From a virus: a DNA stretch of 64,000 nt. The stretch spans positions 20,522 to 84,521 of the IMG/VR virus record IMGVR_UViG_3300008119_000039. One strand, written 5' to 3'. Shown here piece by piece: positions 1-10,032 of the stretch; positions within the stretch are counted from its first letter, which is position 1, and each line of letters starts with the position of its first letter. The notes under the pieces are model-generated. The model saw only the letters and a list, made by a program, of their open reading frames with translations, was not told the DNA's origin and ran no database searches. The position numbers were made by a program, and so were the translations under genes.

Positions 1-612
1 TATTCTGAGTCTGAAGTTAATGAGGGCTACTACGAAAAGCCAGCATCAGCATATCGCCGTAAAGGTGACGAAGTGAGAGATCCAACTCCAGTTGCTCCAG
101 TTCCAGCTAAGAAGTATATCAAAGGTACACCTGAGAATAAAGCAGCAAGAGCAGCAAGCAAGCCAATCAATGGTATGCCAACTAATGTAAAGTCAGAAGA
201 ACTTAAAGGCAATCAACACAAGATTGATAAAAACAAGAATGGTAAGATTGATGCCCATGACTTTAAGTTACTGCGTAAAGAAGAGCAGTCTAAAGAACAA
301 TTTGAAAACGGAGAATTGGAAACAATGTCAAAATCATACAAACAATTTGTTGAATCATTAAACGAAATTAAAATGTCAGATTTGCCATCGCGTAAAATAA
401 GTGGTTCAAGCTACGGTGCTCAATACCACGATTCAGAAGGCGATGATGAAGAAGAAAAACCAAAAGCTAAACCAGCAGCAGATGCTGTAAAGCGTGGTCG
501 TGGTCGTCCAGCAGGTGCTAAATCTGGTGCACGTCAAAGTGGCTCTGCCGTTAAGTCAAAGAATGGCGCAGACTACACTGGTTATAAATTACACTTACCA
601 AATAAGAACTAA
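1..612 (+). CDS. Hypothetical virion/internal-type protein, 5'-truncated by window edge
   Basis: Frame is open from position 1; contains EF-hand-like DKNKNGKIDAHD and AT-hook-like KRGRGRP. Confidence 0.6.
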   Translation, partial: YSESEVNEGYYEKPASAYRRKGDEVRDPTPVAPVPAKKYIKGTPENKAARAASKPINGMPTNVKSEELKGNQHKIDKNKNGKIDAHDFKLLRKEEQSKEQFENGELETMSKSYKQFVESLNEIKMSDLPSRKISGSSYGAQYHDSEGDDEEEKPKAKPAADAVKRGRGRPAGAKSGARQSGSAVKSKNGADYTGYKLHLPNKN

Positions 613-627
613 CTAAGGGGAATTAAA

Positions 628-897
628 ATGGCACTATGGTCAAATACAGACGCAGAAGGCAGCAAACCAAAATATCTAAACACTGCTGGTAAAGCAGCTG
701 TTGAAGGTATCTCTGCAGCAGAAGCAGCAATTGCAGCAAACAAAGCAAAGGGTGTTGCTCATGCTGGTTGGGTTACTACTCGTACTTATACTGATGCACA
801 AGGTCGTACTCGCAACAAGACTGAAGTTCTAGTTGCTATGGGTTCAATGACTGGCGATGATAATACTGATGATACTACTATTGGTATTGATGCCTAA
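628..897 (+). CDS. Conserved T4-like hypothetical, possibly structural
   Basis: SD AAGGGG; MALW...HAGWV...EVLVAM pattern recalled from aquatic T4-like phages. Confidence 0.55.
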   Translation: MALWSNTDAEGSKPKYLNTAGKAAVEGISAAEAAIAANKAKGVAHAGWVTTRTYTDAQGRTRNKTEVLVAMGSMTGDDNTDDTTIGIDA

Positions 898-908
898 ATA
901 GTAGTAAT

Positions 909-936
909 GAGGGGAGATTGGCTCCCCTCTCGTTTT
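909..936 (+). terminator. Putative intrinsic terminator hairpin
   Basis: GAGGGGAG/CTCCCCTC stem followed by TCGTTTT. Confidence 0.5.
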
Positions 937-950
937 ACGATTGATTGGAA

Positions 951-1328
951 ATGAGAGAACCTTTGAGTGAAAATAACTTTCTTCTACATGCTATGCATCA
1001 CTATGATAATCCGCAGTGTTCTAACATAGAAGAGTTTGAAGATGATTTAAAGAAGTTTGTTTATCTTAAGAAACTAATATATCGTTATAAGAATGTTGGT
1101 GAGTTAAGAGAAAGATTAATCTTAAATCATATAATTGTTCTCTACAATATTTTTGGCGATGAAACAACTCGTATGTTGTTTCATAAGATTGAAGAGCCAT
1201 TGTGGCCACAGTTAGTCACGTTTTTGGTTTATCTTAATCGTATGCCTGAAAGCGTACCTGAGTATGGAATTACCTTGGCAGATATTAAACTAGACGAAAC
1301 TATTATTGCTGTATTAAGGAAGATATGA
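951..1328 (+). CDS. Conserved T4-like hypothetical protein
   Basis: YDNPQC...ERLILNHIIVLYNIFG motif; CTAAATA late-promoter-like box at ~894. Confidence 0.65.
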   Translation: MREPLSENNFLLHAMHHYDNPQCSNIEEFEDDLKKFVYLKKLIYRYKNVGELRERLILNHIIVLYNIFGDETTRMLFHKIEEPLWPQLVTFLVYLNRMPESVPEYGITLADIKLDETIIAVLRKI

Positions 1329-1858
1329 GTAGGTTAGTAGACAATCTTATTGCATACCGAATTCTGTCAATGCTTATCAAACCATTTTCAGAAACAAGTG
1401 CATACCAATTGGGTATTATCGATGATAAAGGTAAGAACCTAAAGAAGAGCAGCACACTCACAACTACCAAAGAAAAAGACGCATACACATATTTACATCG
1501 TTTGGTGTTTAATATGAAAAAGATTATCAATCGTCTTCCAGGTGGTGAGTCAAAGCTAAAGAATTTAGTTAGTGCGTTCTTTCTAGTAAAAGAATACTAC
1601 GAAACAAACGATCGTTCATTATCACTTATGGAAGAACGATATAATACACTACTGGAAAAAGTAAGTAAATATAATTTAACTCTAGTTGAAGAAGAAATGC
1701 TTATTGTTGAATTTCTTGAGCGTGGTATTATATTAGAAGATGGTGTGGCAAATGTTACTGGTGCTGCTGTTTCAACAGATACTCCTGCTCCATTGAAGAA
1801 AGATATTAAAAAGTATAAACAGATCGCTAGAAGAAAAATTCCAGTAGAGGTTGCATAA
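1325..1858 (+). CDS. Conserved T4-like hypothetical protein
   Basis: Coupled ORF; AYQLGIIDDKG motif. Confidence 0.6.
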   Translation: MSRLVDNLIAYRILSMLIKPFSETSAYQLGIIDDKGKNLKKSSTLTTTKEKDAYTYLHRLVFNMKKIINRLPGGESKLKNLVSAFFLVKEYYETNDRSLSLMEERYNTLLEKVSKYNLTLVEEEMLIVEFLERGIILEDGVANVTGAAVSTDTPAPLKKDIKKYKQIARRKIPVEVA

Positions 1859-2301
1859 TGTGGATGTTGAGTTTTATTCCAGACGCAATACTACTCTGGA
1901 CAATTCATATTATATTGATAGCTGGTGTAATTGGTGTTGCTGCATCATACACAGTATTTAAATTTCCATTTATAAATCGTTATCGTTTACCAATTCAAAT
2001 AATTTCATTTCTGTTGGTAGTTGTTGGTATCTTCTTTGAAGGTAGTTATGCAACAGAGAAAAGCTGGCGTGATCGTGTAGCGGAATTACAAGAAAAAGTA
2101 GCAAAAGCAGAAGCCCAGTCTAAAGTAGCAAATGAAAATATAAAAACTGTCTACGTAGACAAAGTAAGAATTGTTAAAGAACAACAAGTAGTTGTTCAAG
2201 AAAAGATTAAAACTGTTGAATTAAAGATTGATTCACAGTGTAAAATAACTGCGGATACCGTTGATATTTTAAACGAAGCAGCAAAGGGTAGTAAGAAATG
2301 A
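1858..2301 (+). CDS. Putative inner-membrane spanin (Rz-like)
   Basis: N-terminal TM helices, coiled coil, C-terminal Cys; overlaps lipoprotein gene. Confidence 0.6.
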   Translation: MWMLSFIPDAILLWTIHIILIAGVIGVAASYTVFKFPFINRYRLPIQIISFLLVVVGIFFEGSYATEKSWRDRVAELQEKVAKAEAQSKVANENIKTVYVDKVRIVKEQQVVVQEKIKTVELKIDSQCKITADTVDILNEAAKGSKK

Positions 2302-2558
2302 AACTCTTGTTACTTATTCCTGCAGTTCTTTTAACTGGATGTTTGGTCACTCCAGTTAAACAAAACTTTCCTGAAGTACCACCTGAAATTATGATAGCAT
2401 GTCCTGACCTAAAAACTGTGGAGCCAACTGAAAAACTATCTGAAGTTTTGAAAGTTGTTGTCGATAACTATGGGCAATATCACGAGTGTCGTGCCAAAGT
2501 AGATGCATGGCTAGAGTGGTATAAAACCCAGAAACAAATTTTTAAGACTGTAAACTAA
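2298..2558 (+). CDS. Putative outer-membrane spanin lipoprotein (Rz1-like)
   Basis: Lipobox LLTGC, Pro-rich, two further Cys. Confidence 0.65.
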   Translation: MKLLLLIPAVLLTGCLVTPVKQNFPEVPPEIMIACPDLKTVEPTEKLSEVLKVVVDNYGQYHECRAKVDAWLEWYKTQKQIFKTVN

Positions 2559-2559
2559 G

Positions 2560-2916
2560 ATGGAACTACCAGAAAGACTCGCTAAATTGGAAGCACAAGT
2601 AGAAACAATAAAAGAGGATGTCAAAGAATTGAAGCACGATATCAAAGAAGTGCATTCTCGTTTGACTACTTCAAACAGAGAAATCGTGGACAAGATTGAC
2701 GATATGCAAACACGTATTGAACACAAGATGCAAGCTAATGCAAAGATCAATCAAGATCAACACGAAGTCATTCGTAAAGATGTCGTTGAAGATCTAGAAA
2801 GAATGAATACCCGTGTTTCTGCATTGGAACAGTGGAAGTGGTATGTAATCGGTGGTGCTGCTGTTGCAGGGTTTGTTCTTGGACACATCAACGAGATCGC
2901 AAACTACATAAAATAA
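2560..2916 (+). CDS. Coiled-coil protein with C-terminal TM helix (XhlA/holin-like)
   Basis: Heptad pattern then WKWYVIGGAAVAGFVLG. Confidence 0.45.
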   Translation: MELPERLAKLEAQVETIKEDVKELKHDIKEVHSRLTTSNREIVDKIDDMQTRIEHKMQANAKINQDQHEVIRKDVVEDLERMNTRVSALEQWKWYVIGGAAVAGFVLGHINEIANYIK

Positions 2917-2968
2917 ATTTTCTTTTTATTATGAATCAGAGTAAAATTGTTACTCTTGTGGGGTTATT

Positions 2969-3991
2969 ATGCTATACATTGACAACAAATTTGCAAGTAT
3001 TCTTGGATCACGTCTAAGAAACTTTAAACAAAAAAACGATTATCTGTGGAACTATTCTTGCCCAGTATGCGGGGATAGTTCTAAGAATAAATTAAAGGCA
3101 CGTGGATACATCTACCGTAAAGGTTCTGATTTATTCGTTCGGTGTCATAACTGCAACTACGGTTCAAATCTTGGTAGCTTAATCAAGTATGTAGATGCTA
3201 AACTTTATGATGAGTACGTTCTTGAACGCTACAAAGGTGGTGCTAGTAAACACAACGCACACAAAGATGTGGCAGCAATCCTCCCAGAAGAAACCCCAGA
3301 AGTATTTCTAGAAGATGCTATTCTAGAGAGTTTGGCTCGCCTAGATACGTTAGACATCACACACCCTGCTGTAAAATATTTAATTAAAAGAAAGATTCCA
3401 AAACAATATTGGAATCTACTTTATTTTGCACCTAAGTTTAAAAAGTTTACCAACTCAGTAACACCTAAGTTTCAGGAACCAATTGAAGGTGATCATCCAA
3501 GAATGATCATTCCGTTTTTTAACCCAGCAGGTAAATGTTTTGCTTATCAAGGTAGAGCGTATGGCGATGAGCAACCCAAGTACTATACAATTAAAGTTGA
3601 TGAAACACAGGAGAAAATATATGGACTCGATCGCTTGGATTATAGCAAACGCATATACGTTGTTGAAGGACCAATTGATTCGTTATTCTTACCGAATTCA
3701 ATTGCTGTTTCAGGAGCAAGTTTTGATACCCCTACTATTCGGCAGTTACTTACTAATGCAACGATTGTAATGGACAATGAACCCCGCAATAAAGATATAG
3801 CAAGACAACTTGAAAAATATATCGATTTGGGGTATAATGTAGTTATGTATCCTGATTCAGTTCAGGAAAAAGATATTAACGATATGGTTTTATCGGGTAG
3901 ATCGCCTGATGAAATTCTAGAACTCATAAATACCAATACCTTCACTGGTATGGAAGCGAAATTAAAATATGCGAATTGGAGAAAGAATTGA
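2969..3991 (+). CDS. gp61: DNA primase (T4 gp61-like)
   Basis: Zn-binding CPVCGDS...CHNC; TOPRIM VVEGPIDSLF and DNE, KDIND. Confidence 0.95.
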   Translation: MLYIDNKFASILGSRLRNFKQKNDYLWNYSCPVCGDSSKNKLKARGYIYRKGSDLFVRCHNCNYGSNLGSLIKYVDAKLYDEYVLERYKGGASKHNAHKDVAAILPEETPEVFLEDAILESLARLDTLDITHPAVKYLIKRKIPKQYWNLLYFAPKFKKFTNSVTPKFQEPIEGDHPRMIIPFFNPAGKCFAYQGRAYGDEQPKYYTIKVDETQEKIYGLDRLDYSKRIYVVEGPIDSLFLPNSIAVSGASFDTPTIRQLLTNATIVMDNEPRNKDIARQLEKYIDLGYNVVMYPDSVQEKDINDMVLSGRSPDEILELINTNTFTGMEAKLKYANWRKN

Positions 3992-4668
3992 AAGTCAATT
4001 TAATTAGTTATAGTAAGCCCTCCATTACCATGTATGAAGAAGGTCTCAAAGATGCTCAAGAACTCATAGCTTATTGCGCACGAGTTTCTAATCCAAGCAA
4101 TCAATTTAATGTTGAAACAGCTGACAAGCTAATTCGTTATCTAATTAAACACAAACACTGGTCACCACTAGAAATGGTTAGTGCTTGTCTCGAAATTGAA
4201 ACAACTCGAGATATTGCTCGCCAAATTTTACGCCATCGCTCTTTTAGTTTTCAAGAATTCAGCCAACGCTACGCAGATCCAACTAAGGACTTATCATTTG
4301 TCTTAAGAGAAGCAAGACTCCAAGACGAAAAGAATCGTCAAAATAGTGTAGAGTTACCAGCCACAATTGCTGGGCAGAATATTGCTGAAGAGTGGTATGC
4401 TAGACAAAGAGAAATTCTAGCATTAGTGACAAAAACGTATGACTGGGCAATCTCACAAGGTATTGCTAAAGAACAAGCAAGAGCAATTCTACCAGAAGGA
4501 AATACAGTTAGTCGTTTATACATGAACGGTACACTGCGTAGTTGGATACACTACATCGAGTTGCGCAGTGGTAATGGTACACAAAAAGAACATGTGGAAG
4601 TAGCAAGGGAATGTGCTAAAGTTATTGCTGAAGCATTTCCAATGTCTACGGATTTTATTAATCAATAA
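3976..4668 (+). CDS. thyX: FAD-dependent thymidylate synthase
   Basis: RHRSFSFQEFSQRY signature; start may be the TTG at 3988. Confidence 0.95.
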   Translation: MEKELKVNLISYSKPSITMYEEGLKDAQELIAYCARVSNPSNQFNVETADKLIRYLIKHKHWSPLEMVSACLEIETTRDIARQILRHRSFSFQEFSQRYADPTKDLSFVLREARLQDEKNRQNSVELPATIAGQNIAEEWYARQREILALVTKTYDWAISQGIAKEQARAILPEGNTVSRLYMNGTLRSWIHYIELRSGNGTQKEHVEVARECAKVIAEAFPMSTDFINQ

Positions 4669-4687
4669 GAAATATAACAGGAAGTTT

Positions 4688-6487
4688 ATGGAAAATATTG
4701 TGCATGGCATAAAGGTTGATTATTCTCGTGATGCGTTGTTTGACGAACTAGGAAGAATAAGATTAAAAGAAAGTTACATGAAAGATGACGAAACATCTCC
4801 TCAAGAAAGATTTGCTTTTGTTAGTAGTAAGTTTGGTAGTGATCCTGCCCATGCTCAAAGGTTGTATGACTACTCCAGTAGACACTGGTTGTCTTATTCT
4901 ACCCCAATCCTCAGTTTCGGGAGGAGTAAACGTGGTTTGCCGATCTCATGTTTTTTAAATTATATTGAAGATACAGCGGAGGGTTTAGTTGATAATCTTA
5001 GTGAAACTAATTGGCTTAGTATGCTTGGTGGTGGCGTTGGTATCGGTTTTGGTATACGTTCGGCAGACGATAAGAGCACTGGCGTTATGCCGCACCTCAA
5101 GATGTACGATGCATCAAGTTTGGCTTATCGCCAAGGTCGTACTCGTCGTGGATCTTATGCTGCTTACCTTGATATTAGTCATCCAGATATTATAAATTTC
5201 TTGGAGATGCGTAAACCAACAGGTGACCAGAATATGCGTTGCTTGAACTTGCACCATGGTATTAACATTCCAGATGCATTTATGGAATTAGTTGAGCAAT
5301 CTATGATTGACCCAAATTTCGATGACTCTTGGAATCTAGTTGACCCAGCATCAAACGAAATTCGTGAAACTGTTTCAGCCAAAGAAATGTGGCAACGTAT
5401 TCTAGAAATGCGTATGATGACAGGTGAACCATACATACACTTTATTGATGAATCAAATCGTAAACTTCCACAGTGGTTAAAGGATAAAGGTTTAAAGGTT
5501 CATCAATCAAATCTATGTTCAGAGATTATTCTACCAACAGATGAAAAGCGTACTGCTGTTTGTTGCTTGTCATCACTAAACTTGGAGTATTACGATGAGT
5601 GGAAAACAGATCCTCTTTTCCTTGCTGATATTGCAGAAATGCTTGACAATGTTCTTCAGTATTTTATTGATAATGCACCTTCCACCATCAAAAGAGCTAA
5701 ATATTCCGCCATGCGTGAGCGAAGTATCGGCATCGGTGCGTTGGGTTGGCATGCCTACTTGCAGAAAAACAAGTTACCTTGGGAATCACCAATGGCAATT
5801 GGTCGCAACAAACAAATCTTTACACACATAAGAGGAAAGTTAGATGAGGCAAACAAATTATTGGGATCTAAGCGTGGTGAAGCGTTGGACGCAGTGGGTA
5901 CTGGGAATCGCTTTAGTCATCTTATGGCTATTGCTCCCAATGCTTCTTCTTCCATTCTCATGGGCAATACTAGTCCTAGTATTGAACCTTACCGTGCCAA
6001 TGCTTATCGCCAAGACACTCTATCGGGTTCTCACCTAAATAAAAATCGCTTCTTAGATATTATTATTCAAGAAGAATCCCAGAAAAATAAAGAAGGTTGG
6101 GCAGATGATGTTTGGCGTAGCATTATTGCCAATGATGGTTCTGTTCAGCATCTCGATTGGATGGATCAGTGGACTAAAGATGTTTATAAAACATCAATGG
6201 AGATTGATCAGCGTTGGGTAGTTCAGCATGCTGCAGATCGTCAAGAGTTTATTGACCAAGCCCAATCACTAAACGTATTCTTCAGACCAGACTCACACAT
6301 TAAATACATTCATGCTGTTCACTTTATGGCTTGGAAATTAAAGCTAAAGACGATGTACTACTGCCGTTCTGATAAGATCGCAAAAGCGGATAAAGTTAGT
6401 AAGCGTATTGAACGTGAGGTTATCAAAGAAATCAATCTCCATGCACTAACTGGTGACGCAGATACTTGCTTAGCCTGCGAAGGATAA
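4688..6487 (+). CDS. nrdA: Ribonucleotide reductase class I alpha subunit (no ATP cone)
   Basis: PISCFL, SNLCSEI, AIAPNASSS, TMYYCR, C-terminal CLACEG. Confidence 0.97.
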   Translation: MENIVHGIKVDYSRDALFDELGRIRLKESYMKDDETSPQERFAFVSSKFGSDPAHAQRLYDYSSRHWLSYSTPILSFGRSKRGLPISCFLNYIEDTAEGLVDNLSETNWLSMLGGGVGIGFGIRSADDKSTGVMPHLKMYDASSLAYRQGRTRRGSYAAYLDISHPDIINFLEMRKPTGDQNMRCLNLHHGINIPDAFMELVEQSMIDPNFDDSWNLVDPASNEIRETVSAKEMWQRILEMRMMTGEPYIHFIDESNRKLPQWLKDKGLKVHQSNLCSEIILPTDEKRTAVCCLSSLNLEYYDEWKTDPLFLADIAEMLDNVLQYFIDNAPSTIKRAKYSAMRERSIGIGALGWHAYLQKNKLPWESPMAIGRNKQIFTHIRGKLDEANKLLGSKRGEALDAVGTGNRFSHLMAIAPNASSSILMGNTSPSIEPYRANAYRQDTLSGSHLNKNRFLDIIIQEESQKNKEGWADDVWRSIIANDGSVQHLDWMDQWTKDVYKTSMEIDQRWVVQHAADRQEFIDQAQSLNVFFRPDSHIKYIHAVHFMAWKLKLKTMYYCRSDKIAKADKVSKRIEREVIKEINLHALTGDADTCLACEG

Positions 6488-6489
6488 AA

Positions 6490-6678
6490 ATGGATGCCTA
6501 TGACATTGCGGATAAAATTAAAAAGTATTGGTGTGCAGTAGTTCCAAAGAACTCTGGTGAAATTACTAAAACAAATAAAAAAATCAGAGTAGTTGTTAAT
6601 ACTGACGAAGGTTATCGTGAAGTTGTAGGTGTTTATATCAAAGATGATATGATAGAACTAACATTGGACAAGGAATAA
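6490..6678 (+). CDS. Hypothetical protein between nrdA and nrdB
   Basis: SD AAGGA, coupled ORF. Confidence 0.55.
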   Translation: MDAYDIADKIKKYWCAVVPKNSGEITKTNKKIRVVVNTDEGYREVVGVYIKDDMIELTLDKE

Positions 6679-6679
6679 G

Positions 6680-7669
6680 ATGGTAAAGACTAAAACAAAA
6701 ATGACAGATGAACGTAGCTACTTTAAGCCGTTCAACTATCCATGGGCATACGAAGCATGGTTAAAGCACGAACAAGCACATTGGTTGCACACAGAAGTAC
6801 CAATGATGGAAGACGTTAAGCAATGGAAGAAAAGTTTAACACCACACGAGAAAACATTCTTGACAAACATCTTTCGTTTCTTTACGCAAGGTGACATTGA
6901 CGTAGCTGGTGGATATGTAAAGAACTACTTACCATACTTCCCACAACCAGAAGTACGTATGATGCTAATGGGTTTTGCTGCACGTGAAGCACTACACATT
7001 GCTGCGTATTCACATCTAATTGAAACACTTGGTTTACCTGAGATTACATATTCTCAGTTTATGGAATACCAAGAGATGAAAGACAAGCACGATTACGTTC
7101 TTGATATTTCTTCTAAGAATGGCACTATTGAATCAACTGCTACTCACATTGCGGTATTCTCTGCCTTTACTGAAGGTATGCAATTATTCTCTTCATTCAT
7201 TATGTTGTTGAACTTCCCACGTCATGGATTGATGAAGGGGATGGGACAGATTGTTACTTGGAGTATTGTTGATGAAACAATGCACGCTGAGAATATGATG
7301 AAGTTGTTTAAAGAATACATCAAAGAAAATCCAGAGATCTGGGGTGATGATCTAAAAGGTAAGATTTATACAATCGCTGAAAAGATGGTTCAGTTGGAAG
7401 ATAAGTTTATTGATCTGGCATTTGCTGAAGGCGAGATGCGTGATCTTAAGCCAGAAGATGTTAAGACTTATATTCGTTATATCGCAGATCGTCGTTTAAT
7501 TGGTCTTGGTATGAAAGGTATCTTTAAAGTTAAAAAGAATCCACTACCATGGGTTGAAGAAATGATCAATGCACCTGTTCACGGTAACTTCTTTGAGAAT
7601 CGTGTAACAGATTACGCTAAAGGTGCATTGTCTGGTTCTTGGGATGACGTTTGGGGAGCAGCTGCTTAA
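6680..7669 (+). CDS. nrdB: Ribonucleotide reductase class I beta subunit
   Basis: EALHIAAYS, FTEG, DETMH, NFFENRVTDY. Confidence 0.97.
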   Translation: MVKTKTKMTDERSYFKPFNYPWAYEAWLKHEQAHWLHTEVPMMEDVKQWKKSLTPHEKTFLTNIFRFFTQGDIDVAGGYVKNYLPYFPQPEVRMMLMGFAAREALHIAAYSHLIETLGLPEITYSQFMEYQEMKDKHDYVLDISSKNGTIESTATHIAVFSAFTEGMQLFSSFIMLLNFPRHGLMKGMGQIVTWSIVDETMHAENMMKLFKEYIKENPEIWGDDLKGKIYTIAEKMVQLEDKFIDLAFAEGEMRDLKPEDVKTYIRYIADRRLIGLGMKGIFKVKKNPLPWVEEMINAPVHGNFFENRVTDYAKGALSGSWDDVWGAAA

Positions 7670-8334
7670 TGTTAGAAACTATATGTGACACAATGCTGGA
7701 TGCTTACAAGCGTAACTGGATTACCAGTCGTGACGGTAATGTAAGCATTCGACATCACGATCGTGATCATTTTTATATTACGCCAAGTGGTGTGCGTAAG
7801 CAGACTATGCAGCCTGATCAGTTTAAAAAGATTATAATTAAACCACCAATGTCGTGGAATGAACCAAAGACTGGATTGATTGCAGAACGCTGGGGATGGA
7901 AAGAAGATAATTATACTGAGATCAGTGGAAATTTAAAACCTAGTGGAGAAATCCCATTACACTTTGGTTTACAAAAACAAATGGGTCAACACAGTAATGA
8001 TGTTCGTGTAGTTATGCACTTTCATCCAACTTACTGTGTTGCTGCTATGCACGCTGGTATTGAACTGGGTGATATCGCAAATGATTTCCCAGAACTAAGT
8101 AGATATACTAAAGTAGCAAAGAATGTGCCTGATGTTCCACCAATCTCTCAAGAATTAGCTGATCACTGCCATCGTAACTTGGAGTTAGATGATAGCGGTA
8201 ATATCGCATATGATATTGTTGGTATTAAGGGACATGGAGTAGTTTCCATTGACACTAGCCCATGGCGTGCTTATGAACACATTGAACGTCTTGAACACAT
8301 TTGCAAGATAGTACTTGCATCTAGAAAATACTAA
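7669..8334 (+). CDS. Class II aldolase/adducin family protein
   Basis: DGNVS, ITPSG, KPSGEIPLH, HFHP, GHGVV metal-binding motifs. Confidence 0.85.
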   Translation: MLETICDTMLDAYKRNWITSRDGNVSIRHHDRDHFYITPSGVRKQTMQPDQFKKIIIKPPMSWNEPKTGLIAERWGWKEDNYTEISGNLKPSGEIPLHFGLQKQMGQHSNDVRVVMHFHPTYCVAAMHAGIELGDIANDFPELSRYTKVAKNVPDVPPISQELADHCHRNLELDDSGNIAYDIVGIKGHGVVSIDTSPWRAYEHIERLEHICKIVLASRKY

Positions 8335-8345
8335 AAGGTAGAAAT

Positions 8346-8495
8346 ATGACAACAAAAGTATTTGAATGTGAATCATGTGGAACTTCAGGAAAGATAGTTA
8401 TCAAAGGTACTGATACTCAGTACGAAGATATTGTCTATTGCCCGATTTGTTCCGCAGACATTTACGAAGAAGAGGACTTAGACACAGAAGACTAA
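8346..8495 (+). CDS. 49-aa zinc-ribbon protein with acidic tail (not in ORF track)
   Basis: MTTKVFECESCG...YCPICSADIYEEEDLDTED; SD AAGGT. Confidence 0.65.
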   Translation: MTTKVFECESCGTSGKIVIKGTDTQYEDIVYCPICSADIYEEEDLDTED

Positions 8496-8524
8496 ATAGA
8501 TGTTTACATCTATGAATTAGTCTA

Positions 8525-8950
8525 ATGTGGTTATATAATAACGAACAACTTAATGAGTTACCAGAAGATTGCGTTGGATTTGTTTATCTAATAACAAATC
8601 TAACAAACGATCGTAAGTACATCGGTAAGAAACTTGCTAAGTTTTCAAAAACCAGTACCAAAACAGTTACACTTAAAAATGGTACTAAAAAGAAAAAAAA
8701 GATTCGTAGTAAAATTGATTCCGATTGGTTAGAATACTACGGATCAAGTATTGAATTAAATAAAGACATTGAAACTTTGGGAAAAGAACATTTTACCCGA
8801 GAAATTTTATATTTCTGTAAGTCAAAGGCTGAGTGTTCTTACGTTGAAGCACGAGAACAGTTTAGTCGTAGAGTTTTAGAATCAACTGAATATTATAATG
8901 GACAAATCTCAGTACGAGTACACGGATCACACATCATAGGTAAGGTATGA
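8525..8950 (+). CDS. GIY-YIG endonuclease (endonuclease II/DenA-like)
   Basis: GFVYLITN...KYIGKK, YYGSS, YYN. Confidence 0.8.
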   Translation: MWLYNNEQLNELPEDCVGFVYLITNLTNDRKYIGKKLAKFSKTSTKTVTLKNGTKKKKKIRSKIDSDWLEYYGSSIELNKDIETLGKEHFTREILYFCKSKAECSYVEAREQFSRRVLESTEYYNGQISVRVHGSHIIGKV

Positions 8951-9951
8951 CAAAAATACTTTTTATAACAGCAATAGCATTATCAGCTTGTGCAGCTTAT
9001 TACTCTGTAATGGGCTTGCTTGCTATTTTCTCAGCAGCTGTTATTCCAATTCTTATTATGGGTTCACTACTAGAAGCTGCAAAACTTGTAGTAGCTTCTT
9101 GGCTCTATCGTTCGTGGAAAGAAATTCCATTAATAATGAAGTCTTATTTCACCTCAGCATTAGTTATTTTGATGATACTAACTTCGATGGGTATCTTTGG
9201 TTATCTATCGAAAGCACACCTAGATCAAGCAGTCCCAAGTGGGGATGTTGCTTCAAAGGTATCAATACTTGATGAGAAAATAAAAACAGAAAAAGATAAC
9301 ATAGATGTCGCAAGAAAACAAATCAAACAACTTGATGATCAAGTGGACCAAACGATCGGAAGAAGTTCTGACTCGCAAGGAGTGGAGAGATCTCTACAGA
9401 TTAGACGAGGACAGCAAAAGGAAAGAACCGCACTTCTTGCTGAAATTGGATCAGCTCAAACCAGAATCGCCAGATTAAATGAAGAACGTGCACCAATTGC
9501 TGCTGACTTAAGAAAAGTTGAAGCTGAGGTTGGTCCGATTAAATATATTGCTGCGTTAATCTACGAAGACACTGCATCAGAAGATGTGCTAGAAAAAGCA
9601 GTTCGTTGGGTTATTATTATGATTGTTTTGGTATTTGACCCACTGGCTGTTTTACTATTGGTAGCAGCAAACTGGCAAATGCGTAAAGATTCTGAGATCA
9701 TCGTACAATCTGAAGAATTACCTGAACCACAACCTCTACAACCCAAGCCAGAGCCAGAGCCATTACCAGAAGAAAGTAAGAGTATAATCTCTAACTTCTT
9801 TCGTAAGCCTAAAGAAGACACGTCAACATTAGAAGTCTTTGAACACGCCACAACTAAGAAAGTTATAAACTTAAAAAATGAAGCTGTGGTGAATGATCAG
9901 ATTCAAATAGAACTTACACAAGAAAAACCTCCTAGACCACCTTTAAGGTAG
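8947..9951 (+). CDS. Membrane-anchored coiled-coil protein
   Basis: Three N-terminal TM segments, long coiled coil, IVLVFDPLAV TM, Pro-rich tail. Confidence 0.7.
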   Translation: MTKILFITAIALSACAAYYSVMGLLAIFSAAVIPILIMGSLLEAAKLVVASWLYRSWKEIPLIMKSYFTSALVILMILTSMGIFGYLSKAHLDQAVPSGDVASKVSILDEKIKTEKDNIDVARKQIKQLDDQVDQTIGRSSDSQGVERSLQIRRGQQKERTALLAEIGSAQTRIARLNEERAPIAADLRKVEAEVGPIKYIAALIYEDTASEDVLEKAVRWVIIMIVLVFDPLAVLLLVAANWQMRKDSEIIVQSEELPEPQPLQPKPEPEPLPEESKSIISNFFRKPKEDTSTLEVFEHATTKKVINLKNEAVVNDQIQIELTQEKPPRPPLR

Positions 9952-10032
9952 TGTAAAACATAATTAACCCTAAATAATATTAGAGTGAACGCAATACCTC
10001 GTTATTTTCCGTATAACTAAAAAGGTTTAAAA

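Noticed and set aside
4688-7669. Introns or inteins in nrdA/nrdB, common in T4-like phages
   Set aside because: Both frames are continuous and of compact length; the gene between them lacks homing-endonuclease motifs
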